Positions 52,772-64,000 of a stretch of 64,000 nt of DNA are shown piece by piece. Position numbers and translations under genes: made by a program. The notes beneath the pieces were generated by a model that had not been told where the DNA came from, made no database searches, and saw only the letters and a program-made list of their open reading frames with translations. Source of the DNA: Eledone cirrhosa (taxonomy: Eukaryota); the NCBI GenBank assembly GCA_964016885.1, contig OZ024742.1, positions 330,212,001 to 330,276,000 on the forward strand. Reading direction: 5' to 3'. The first letter of the stretch is position 1. Every line of letters starts with the position of its first letter.

Positions 52772-53030
52772 TATAATGTAGAGAAAAACGCACTAGAGTG
52801 TGTGTTTATCAAGTTACAGGGAATGCCACTAACGTATGGAACTAATAAACTAAGAAAGGGGAGGCAGATACATTAAAATTCAAAATATAAATTAGAATGA
52901 ATGAACCCACCGTTTAATTATATATCACACACGTACAATCTATCTGAGTTTATAGGTTCCATACGCTAGTGGTATTCCCGGTAACTTTATAAACACACAT
53001 TCTCTATAGTGTGTTTTCTCTATATTATAT
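52772..53030. mobile_element. MITE-like element with ~85-bp imperfect terminal inverted repeats
   Basis: TATAATGTAGAGAAAA..GTGTGTTTATCAAGTTACAGGGAATGCCACTAACGTATGGAAC pairs with GTTCCATACGCTAGTGGTATTCCCGGTAACTTTATAAACACAC..TTTTCTCTATATTATA. Confidence 0.65.
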
Positions 53031-53574
53031 TTGAAGAGCCCGGGATTCTTTTTCCTTTGAGCTCATGAATTACAGGGACTAACGCGAGTTTCAGACACCG
53101 TTACTTCATTTTATTATATATATATATAAATAAAGAAGATATACCATAAGATGTACCATAAGAATAGAGGAGGGAGAAGAAAGTGTGATAAGTATACTAG
53201 ACACCAATGGCCGAAGCGAAGTGTCCCCAATGCTTAGGTGTGCAGTGTTAAATATTATAGGAATGGTAATATTTAATGAAACGTAAGCAGAGCAAGTATA
53301 ATCAGAATAAATGGAGGAGAAGGCAATACATTTAAAGAATCTTTACATCTTACACAGTCTTTCATCTACACAATCTCGAATAACAGTTCACACATATGTG
53401 TGTGTAAGCACGCATATACATTGTTATTAGTGATATGTGTAAGGAATATTCAGAGAAAAAAGAATCGTTTATATTGATGCTACTGGAAGTTAATCCAACT
53501 TATCTTTTCTTGGATAAACATTTAAAGGAGAGGGAAATAAACGTCGGTGTGCATAACTTAGGACGATAAATTGA

Positions 53575-53675
53575 ACTTATCGCCCTAATGGAGGACCTGC
53601 AGGATGACATATGTTGATGCCCTAAGGACGGAGAACGCTGGAGAAAACGTGTCCATGGATCGGCGTCCTGAATCG
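53575..53675 (+). mobile_element. Possible RTE-type LINE 3' terminal remnant
   Basis: Remnants GGPA..TYVDAL..DGERWRKRV resemble an RTE ORF C-terminus (GRP.TY.D..DR..WR). Confidence 0.3.
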
Positions 53676-53713
<38 letters not shown>

Positions 53714-53753
53714 AAGTATGACCCCGACGGCAGAGCGCAAGCCGTTTCGACGG

Positions 53754-53846
<93 letters not shown>

Positions 53847-53899
53847 ATTGAGAAATAAAGTGAGGCAAACGAAAGAACGAGTCAAGGGGACATGTGTAG

Positions 53900-55900
53900 T
53901 GATATATGTACTGCTAATAATATTTGTGATTTTATTGTTAACTAGGGCCTAAATGTTCTTTTATATGACGCTTATTTATGTGAGCCACGAACAGGAATAC
54001 AATATAGCCATCAGTGCAGGAAAATGGGAGAGTACAATTACACATCCTGCTTCAGTAAACCCTTCATCAACACCGCCACATATTACTGAAGTATATCCTA
54101 GTACCAAGCAACATATCTAAATCTGGAATGTAAAATAACATCCCCCAATGATATGCATTGTTGCAACAGCGAAACATTTAAAAAAATGCCTCTGTATTTA
54201 CATACGATTATAAATTGACATACAAAGTATGGAATGTAAGATCTGTGCCAAGCTGCTGGTATATATCCTATGGATATCAAATGCACTCGCGATATCACTG
54301 GAGTTTCAAATACTGACACAAGACAATAAATACACTTTGTAGTTACATTGAATCTGCAATCGAGGTATACCAATCTAAACTAAACAAAGTAAAGTAATCT
54401 CCATTACCCTGGAACGCAATAATCTATATAACATAATTAAAAACATCATATTTATATACTAATCGCTCCCAAAACACCCAAAATACACAAATAAACGAAA
54501 GACAACGAAAGTATCTACGAATCACTGTATATACTAAAAGCATACAGAAATTCACATCACAAATATATGATTACCACAATCAATACCCAATTAACATATC
54601 TAAGAATATTTTTAACAGCTGACATAAAGCAAGATTAACGTATCCGAACCAAATATTTATGACCCCAAAAAAAACTAAAATCTAGAAATAAAATAGAAAC
54701 ATAAAACGAGACGTTTTTACGAACACCTCTGATATTACGCTTTACATCGTTTGATCTCACAAAACCACATACAAAACCACATTAAAACATTAGCACAATC
54801 TTATATCTATAAATCAACACCTAATCTTGGAAATTTATTTACACAAACAACAATCTATTTCCGATCACTATCTATAAACAAATATCTTTGCACACACGTA
54901 ACCATTTCGATCTACTTATAATTAGAAAGGCATTAAATTCTACACCTAGAAGAAAAAAATATCAGAAGCACCCGTCACAACTAAGTAATACAATTCCAGA
55001 CGTTGATACTCTGAAGTTAATGCGTTGGAATAAATAGCTCCGTTATTTTACTGCTCACTATTACATAACGAGATAACAAAAATCATAAGTCTACTAGAAT
55101 ATTAAGATAAACCCTTTATTCGCTATCAAATTCTATACGACATACAAACACATCTCGAACGCAGCACACCATTGGGACAAGTATTACTAGATTTATTTAC
55201 TAAACTTGATTACTGATTGGTATCCTACCACATCAAATGTATGCCTAACACACAACATCTGCATCGAAACTTATTTATCTTCCAAGGTTCAGTGAGAACT
55301 GCGTATTTTTGAAACACAGTGATCAGTATTAGTTCGGAGTATATAATTCAATTCTAGATTGCAACATACCGTTATGTAATAAGAGATATAACCTTGATAA
55401 ACAAAAAATGGTTAAATAAAAAAATATCGCCAGTCTCGGAGATAGTTTCGACATCATCTAACGAACGTAATAGCCAGCAAGTAACCCGTGAATTGTTTAA
55501 ATTGTATGTGGAAACACACCAATGTGAAAACATATTAAATGGAAATACCAATACTTTTTGTATCACATCATGTGCACATACATGGTATATCGCCGAACCT
55601 AATTTGTTTGTGTATATAAATTCACGCTCCAGCACCAACGTACAGCAAATGGTTACTATTAACATTAAATGGAAATTCATATATACATAACTAACGAAAG
55701 AGCCACACACACCCCAAATCTTCAGCCGTTGGAATGGACTTCGGCGGTTTCGACCCCAACCAACGGTACTGCTTGTCCACCTGAGGTCACAACATCTGAC
55801 AAATAAACCAATGCGCTGTACATGGAGTTAATTGCCTTACAGCAATTAAGCCATAGGTCATACACATGGGATTCTGGGTGACCACTATTAGTTGTTATTG
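53900..55900 (+). pseudogene. Possible heavily decayed Penelope-like element
   Basis: A-rich strand with remnants YKSTPNLGNLF and CITSCAHTWYIAEP (GIY-YIG-like). Bracketed by short inverted matches CGTCGAAACGGCTT at about 53739-53752 and 56338-56351. Confidence 0.35.
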
Positions 55901-56406
55901 CGAATTTTATACCAACAATCTGCTGAGACTAAAAACGTAGATAACGAAAGAAAAAATAAAGGAAAAGAGAAGAATGTTCACGTTCGTCACAGATCAATAA
56001 TAATAATATAATTAGGATAATTAAGGAAGAGAAGGTAACAGAAAAAAAGGCGAAAGAAAACAAATTATTTCAAAGAGGAACATTTAAATTATTTTTCGTT
56101 AGACGCCTGGGTGGATCAGCAGTAGCGCTTATAGTGTCGAAACTCGCTACGTCAATTTCAATGGCTGAAGACTTTTGAGTACTGATTTTCGTTCTGAATT
56201 TTGTCATTGATTTTTTTTTCCTTTTCAAATATATATATATTTACAAGTTTTCCATGATTGAACTTGTTTGATAATTGACTGTTATACATAGATTTTTGGT
56301 GTCAGCTTTTTAAATGCAATGGAATATTACGTAACATCGTCGAAACGGCTTAAGCTCTGCCCTCTAAAGAAATATTAACACGAACACACACACACACACA
56401 CACATA

Positions 56407-56598
<192 letters not shown>

Positions 56599-56698
56599 GT
56601 TTGATATATATTTAATATATTTAAATATTTAGCTCTGTAACTTACATAGAGCACTCTTCATTCCTCCGACTTTTTCGATTTTCAACCGAAACCTCAAT

Positions 56699-56729
<31 letters not shown>

Positions 56730-56859
56730 GTAATAATAATACATTTGAAGACTAAAATCCAAAAAGGGTTCGGTAAGTAAAAATATATATCAAATATATA
56801 AGAACCTTAGAACAAATATTTATTAAAATGTTACGCAACATCGTTGGAATATAAATATA

Positions 56860-56902
<43 letters not shown>

Positions 56903-56906
56903 TTTA

Positions 56907-56934
<28 letters not shown>

Positions 56935-56937
<3 letters not shown>

Positions 56938-58368
56938 AGGAATTTATATCTAGTAACATTTATATACGCACAGATGCATATCAATGCTAGCAAATATATA
57001 GGTTTTGTCTTATTAACAATGTGGTTCAATGCAATGGGTTGCAGAACAATAATATGGGAGACGTAAAATAAGAAAATTATAAAATTAACTTACTTACTAA
57101 AAAATCACTTCCAACTAATTAGTTTCTGGAATGGAGTAAATATATTTTCCGAAGAAACATATAAAAAATCATTCCGTCATCAGGAAAGTCTTTTTCCGTA
57201 TAGGTCTCCAGGCATAGCGAGGACACTGGAAACTTATTAAAAAAATAATTCAGTGGAATGGAAATAGCGATGCGTGGACTGGATTCTAAGCCATTGAGAA
57301 AATCACTGCCTCTACGTCCGTGGCAAATTCAAAAAGAATCAATCACGTGACATCGTTAATAAGACAAAACCTATATATTTGCTAGCATAGATATGCATCT
57401 GTGTGTATATAAATGTTACTAGATCTAAATTCCTTATAATTATCTCCAATTCATTTGTCGAGCAATATTTGGCCATGACTGCTACTGTTTTGTAGTAAGC
57501 TGGCCGCTGTCTTAATAACCACTCGCTTTCCACTGATTGACCTCGATGTCTCGTGATTGATTCTTTTTGAATTTGCCACGGACGTAGAGGCAGTGATTTT
57601 CTCAATGGCTTGGAATCCAGTCCACGGATCGCTATTTCCATTCCACTGAATTATTTTTTTAATAAGTTTCCAGTGTCCTCGCTATGCCTGGAGACCTATA
57701 TGGAAAAAGACTTTCCTGATGACGGAATGATTTTTTATATGTTTCTTCGGAAAATATATTTACTCCATTCCAGTAACTAATTAGTTGGAAGTGATTTTTT
57801 AGTAAGTAAGTTAATTTTATAATTTTCTTATTTTACGTCTCTCATATTATTGTTCTGCAACCCCATGCATTGAACCACATTGTTAATAAGACAAAACCTA
57901 TATATTTGCTAGCATTGATATGCATCTGTGTGTATATAAATGTTACTAGATATAAATTCCTTATAATTATCTCCAATTCATTTGTCGAACAATATTTGGC
58001 CATGACTGCTACTATGGTAGTAAGCTGGCCGCTGTCTTAATAACCACTCGCTTTTCACTGATTGACATCGATGTCACGTGATTGATTCTTTTTGAATTTG
58101 CCACGGACGTAGAAGCAGTGATTTTCTCAATGGCTTGGAATCCAGTCCACGCATCGCTATTTCCATTCCACTGAATTATTTTTTTAATAAGTTTCCAGTG
58201 TCCTCGCTATGGCTGGAGACCTATACGGAAAAAGACGTTCCTGATGACGGAATGATTTTCTATATGTTTCTTCGGAAAATATATTTACTCCATTCCAGAA
58301 ACTAATTAGTTGGAAGTGATTTTTTAGTAAGTAAGTTAATTTTATAATTTTCTTATTTTACGTCTCTC
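56935..58368 (+). repeat. ~525-bp tandem duplication preceded by an inverted partial copy; each has a CTGATGA..GAAA hammerhead-like core
   Basis: 57355-57880 is repeated at 57881-58368, and 56935-57354 is reverse-complementary to it. Cores at 57716-57753, 58241-58278 and minus ~57146-57183. Confidence 0.85.
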
Positions 58369-58461
58369 ATATATATATATATACTGTAAACGGAAAAAAA
58401 TGAAACGAAACTTCATTTCTAACTCTTAGTACGGCTGTACTATATATACTGAATATATATA

Positions 58462-58579
<118 letters not shown>

Positions 58580-58899
58580 CAGATTAAAGCAAAGAATCGC
58601 TGCGTTCACCCTTAACAAGTTCTTCTGAAACAAACAAAAAATCAATCACTTTGCTTAAACCTTGATATGTTATTTTCACAAATATTTTCTCTATGGTTCT
58701 GATATAGTTGATATATATTTATCCTTATCGAGCCCTCTTTGGATTTTAGTCTTCATATTTATTATTATTACTATATATAAATTATATATATATATATTGT
58801 TATGCTTTGGGATATATATTGATATATTTATATATATATATATATATACATATACATGGAGGTGAGAGGGATGGGTACATAGACCGATAGATATAGAAC

Positions 58900-58982
<83 letters not shown>
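58900..58982. repeat. (GATA)n microsatellite
   Basis: Seen directly. Confidence 0.97.
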
Positions 58983-60485
58983 GTAGATGTTGCCTTTTTG
59001 TAGTGTTTGACGACAAATAGTGCATATAGTCTATGCGTTTGACACATATTCCGTTTGGTATTTTTGCCGCATTGCACTAGTTTACTCCCCACTATATGCA
59101 TATAAAGACCTAGTTTAGTAAGGTATCTTCTTACATATTTATATATATGGGTGTGGAAATAGTCTGAAATTGATACACTCAAAATTCTATTAGATGTAAC
59201 AGAGTGCCTCTAATAACATTACTTTATTCGGAAATAAAATGTGGGTTCTGAAATCTAGTAGCTGTACGCATATTTTTTTATGTTACAATACGTTTTACCT
59301 CATGCAACTATATAATGGCGTTGTAAGTTTTCCTGTTTATTTTGAGATCATTTCTGAACCATTCTTACTTTCAGATCTATTGCATCCAGATATGCCTAAA
59401 CATAAAGGACCGTCCAGGATTGACGGCGAGCTAGATTTCAGGATGATATAGCTGTTATTTCTAGTTTATTTCATCTGAGCGCATATGCTGTTCTCTTTGG
59501 TTTTAGATGATGAAACATTTCGTTCCCAACTGTATAAATTGAAATATTTTCTATGGTTTTAAAATAACTGTTACTATATTAAAAAATGTAGTGCAATTTA
59601 GAATTAATAACTAATTTTATGGTTATTCAGTTGTCATTCGGTATATAATTTAATACAAATTCTTAGATATAATTACGATGAAAATGTTTAGAATATTTAT
59701 AAAATTGTATTTTCAATTAATTTCAATTATGCTCAAATAGCGGAATCTATCCCAGTTCCTCCAACGAAATTATTCCTCCCCACTCTATCTGTGGAGAAAT
59801 TCAAATGATATAATGCATTTCATCTATTTTTTTCTCATATATTTCATTCATTTTTCACAATCTTAATCTATATACATTTTATCATTTGAAAGTATTATTT
59901 TTATTTTTACTTCCTTGACTCATTAGATTCTGGCCATGTTTGAGGAGCCACCTACCAATAGCCATTTTCCAAAGTAAGGTACCTCTTTTATTAGGTCACT
60001 GCTAATCCAACCACTTTGTTACGGGACACACACAATGTAACAGTAAATGTAAACAAACATAAAATCATTTAGAGGCATGGATATTTGCACATATGGATAT
60101 TAGTTGACGGAAACATCAGATATTTTCTAGTGTAAGCTGGTTTACAGTGGATGATGGTTTCAATGTTTGTGAATGTTTTCCTATTTATAATGTATAGATA
60201 TTAGGGCTTTTAATTCATTGGGTGGTTCGTGAATGTGAGTAGACAAAGCGATATTTAAAGCATTGCTCCACCTTATACTATGACACATTGTTTTCCAGAA
60301 ACCTGAAATCGTTGACCATGTTATGTTAATGTAAATCATCTACTTAAAAACACAAAACATATTATTAGTTAAAAGATTGAATGAGATTCCGTCATAAAAT
60401 AGAGTTTTCCGTAACGTCGGTTGTCCCTCGGTCTGTTCAGTAAGGGAGGAAATTAAACAATAAGATCTTTTATTGAAATGGGTGT

Positions 60486-60822
60486 CTGTGTGTTTTGTAA
60501 TGTGAGGGAATTGTGTATTCTATGGAATGCCCAATTCCCTTACATTACAAAACACACAGTGTAGAAATAGATTAATTCGATATAATATGATGAGTAGGAA
60601 GACAGTTATAGGCATGAAGAAATATTCAATTTTATGAATAATATTAGATGTAGGAGTTTCGTGAGGTTATGCTTGTGTGTGTGTGTGTATGTGATTACAA
60701 GAGAATAGTATAATAATTAAAGCAGTATAGAGAGTGCAAATGCGTTAGGCATATACAGGACACTTAGGTAACGCATTTGCCCTTCCTATGCTGCTTTATT
60801 TATTATACTATTCACTTGTAAT
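60486..60822. repeat. Two imperfect hairpins/MITE-like fold-backs (60486-60559; 60693-60822)
   Basis: CTGTGTGTTTTGTAATGTGAGGGAATTG pairs with CAATTCCCTTACATTACAAAACACACAG; GATTACAAGAGAATAGTATAATAA pairs with TTATTATACTATTCACTTGTAATC. Confidence 0.7.
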
Positions 60823-63469
60823 CTCTTTCAAATGCATTCCACTCTGTGCCTCTTTAATTATAATACAATTCTCTTGTAATCTCTGTCACATACATTCCAC
60901 TCTGCAAATATGAAACTGTTGATGACGCCATTAATATCCATGTATCTATATGATTGTTCAGTTGAATGGGAAGTTAATTATATTCTAAACTTTGCTAGTG
61001 CTCCGAGGTTCCAACGAAAGATTGGAAGAAACGATTGTCAGCAATGAAATGATTTGAACATAGTTTTGATTATTGCGTAATTTATATATATATCTATATA
61101 TCTATATGGGGGGATATTATTCGTGTACCTCATTAAAAAAACTGATTAATGTTTGTTCCCTCTCTTAATTTTAATATTACAGACAATGATTCTAGTAGAA
61201 TCAATTCACTCTGTTATTGCCCGAATCACCAGGCTTCAGGGTGGATGTGCATGGTTGTTTACATTAAAGATATACCCGATAATTTTCTTCCTTAAATCAG
61301 TGAAAAGCATATTGTATAGAAAAACTATAATAAAGAAACGCAAGATTAGTATGACAGTAGTGAAAGGTTCTGAAATATATTACTATTGTGTGGATTTTCA
61401 AGTTCTAGACTAACTCAGCACATGTATAAGGGAATAGCGACAAACATATCCATTATGACAACATGGTTATGAAATTGTCCTGCACATTATCAATAAGTGT
61501 CCGTGTATAGTAGATCAAGGAACATATGTCAAACAGCTACTGACATGTAAGGAATGTATCCGGTTATGTGCTGAAATTATAGTGAAAACTGAATTGCTAA
61601 AGTCTTTAGAAGTGCGGCAACTAAGCTTTTTCTCTATAGCTGTGGGTAAATGAACTCTATAGCTGACCCTTCTAAGAGTTTTGAAAACCGACATTCTTGT
61701 CAAGGGTCTAGCCCTCTTAAACGTCTTCAATTTTTATTGCAGAGATAAATGAGTTTAGAGAGGCAGGTGTTGTCTTCTATTGTATTTCATGAAACAGGTG
61801 TGATACCGTTAGATCGATGGGCTTAGGTTCAATATGATTTTCGAAACGAGAAGAAAGTAATTTGCAGAGGCCGCATTCAGCAGCCTCGACACAACGCATT
61901 AATCAAGTGTTTTGTGTAAAGAATACCTTGGCATGACACTACCATGGCGTTACATCATATGGAGGACCTTTCTCTGGCTTTCTTTGCAACTGTAGGTTAT
62001 TTATTATATATTATCTACTCTATATAAACCCAATTTCCTTTTCTTCAAGTTCCATGTATTGTTCATAACTTCCTGAGCCCTTTGGAAAATAACAGAGGAC
62101 ATTAATATAAGAAGCTAGAACATGATTGATTCTCTTTTCAGTAAGTCTATAAAAAATAACGATGATAATATAATTGCTCAGAAATATATATACACCATTT
62201 TATATTTTCTCACTTCTATTATTGTTATCGAACACGTTTTCTAATAAACTGATGTCTGTGTTTCACATCAATATATACTTATTTACAACAGAGATAATGT
62301 AATTAGGTGTACTTAGTTATCTGATTGTGTTCAGAAATATGTTATAGCTAAATACGTATTAGGTATCGCGAGGCGTAAATGAAAATATTCACGTACATAA
62401 ATGAATACATCCGTAAACAAAGGCAGAATAGAACACCAATGGAGCCACTGCATGCAGTGGAGGAGGGCTGTTTATGAACGAACTTGGTGAAAGCAACGGG
62501 GGTTATTTCGATATTGCCAGATTTCTTTTTCTAAGCGCTTTCATCAATTTGTCTAGACAAAGAATTGCCAGGTAGAGATAGAGGAACGTGTAGAATTCTC
62601 AGCTAAACAGATTATAGTGCCATGATTATATCGTTCTCTGACTAGAACGCTATCAAAAGACTGGAATCATGAATGTCGTTATGTGGGTTACGTTCTATAG
62701 GTTAAAATACGGAGTTAAAACACTTAGACTATATCGGAGCAAGAATTTTGTTTCCATGAGTTATGAATTAGCATGGGAAATGTTGCTTTTTATTGTCTAC
62801 AATCCAGAGCGTAGGCAGAATAGAATGTTTCAAAATATGTAAAAAAAAAAAAAAAAAATAAAAATGAAAGTCCCAATTTTCAGAATGAATGAACTAACCT
62901 TTGTTTCTATTGATATTTTAGTTGCTGATTCTACAAGTGACAGGTTTTGCACTTATAATGCATAAACATATAGCCCAAATCCTCTTGACACCTTCTTTAT
63001 CCCTCCTACAATCCATAACCCCTCGACTATTCATTTACTTATCGGTTCGAAAAAGATTCAAGGAAATATCGATATCTGTGCGTTTAAATTCAGAATATTT
63101 CGAACCGGAAAACATATAGAGATATTTAGGCCGAGGGACAACCCAATTCGCCGTCTATGAATATGTAAAATATTAATAACAAATGTACAAAATAAACATG
63201 ATATTTCCCTATCATCGATTTTTTTAAAGTGTTTATGAAACGAATTATATACATGTTTATTTCATCATTAATTGGATTCCTCTCCTTTAAAGTATTTTTT
63301 AGTTTGAATCAATGCATAATAATATCCTTCGATGTTGTCATCAATCATCTCCATCAAAGCTACGTACAATTGTCAATCATTAATACAGACCCACCAACAG
63401 AAGTTTCTTTACTACTGCCAGCAGTATAAACACTAAACCAATATTTCATAGAATCAAACAACACATCAA

Positions 63470-64000
63470 AATCACTATCACATCATCATCATTCATCATC
63501 GTCATCCTCATCTTCGTCTTCTTCATCATCATTATCATTAGCATATCCACCACACTCATGTCACAATAATCTTATCAGTATGGTCATCATCGTCACGATA
63601 ATCACGATCATCTTCATAACCTTTATCCCTCTTCCTAATGTCCGCCATCAACTCTATCGTAACTTTCAACACTATTATAAATGTAATTGCCGTCGTCATC
63701 GTCATCGTCATTATCGTCTTCGTCAGCGTCATCCTCCTCCTCCCCCTCATCCTCATCCTCCTCCTCATCATCATCATGACCATCCACCACCACTTCAACC
63801 TCCTCCTCATCATCATTATCACCATCACCATAATCATCATCAGCATCATAATCATCATCAGCATCATAATCCTCCCCAGTATCATTCTCATCATGCTCAT
63901 CAGCATCATTATCATCGATCACCATTAATATCATTCTTAATATTCTCGTCATAAACTTCCACCATCATAAACTTCCCCGGCCACATTATCACAATCATCT
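63470..64000. repeat. Degenerate (CAT/CCT/CGT)n trinucleotide low-complexity tract
   Basis: Seen directly. Confidence 0.85.

Noticed and set aside
59239-63429. Host-gene exons in the unique AT-rich stretch (also 16100-17500 and 50830-52300)
   Set aside because: Short ORFs with no recognisable domain or consistent splice pattern; small exons cannot be excluded without RNA-seq.
63556-63954. Asp/Glu-rich, His-rich and Met-rich ORFs
   Set aside because: All frames are open because of the (CAT)n-type repeat; no supportable exon structure.

Overview
Eukaryotic, AT-rich, microsatellite-laden genomic DNA. It is probably from a coleoid cephalopod such as Octopus, an inference from the SINE family and repeat content. 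No host gene can be supported. The centre (about 17.5-50.8 kb) is a chain of non-LTR retrotransposons joined by (AAT)n tracts. Four Tx1/L1-clade LINEs lie on the minus strand, one with an intact 1139-aa ORF2. Four to five R4/Dong-type RLE LINEs lie on the plus strand. tRNA-derived SINEs in the chain have 3' ends resembling the Tx1 3' end. The Tx1 ORF1/ORF2 junction carries a conserved GT-AG 52-53-nt segment whose removal would fuse the two ORFs in frame. The flanks hold Penelope-like (GIY-YIG) fragments, several tandem-plus-inverted repeats with minimal hammerhead ribozyme motifs, decayed DNA-transposase fragments and perfect fold-back palindromes. All calls come from reading the sequence by eye; no database search was run.
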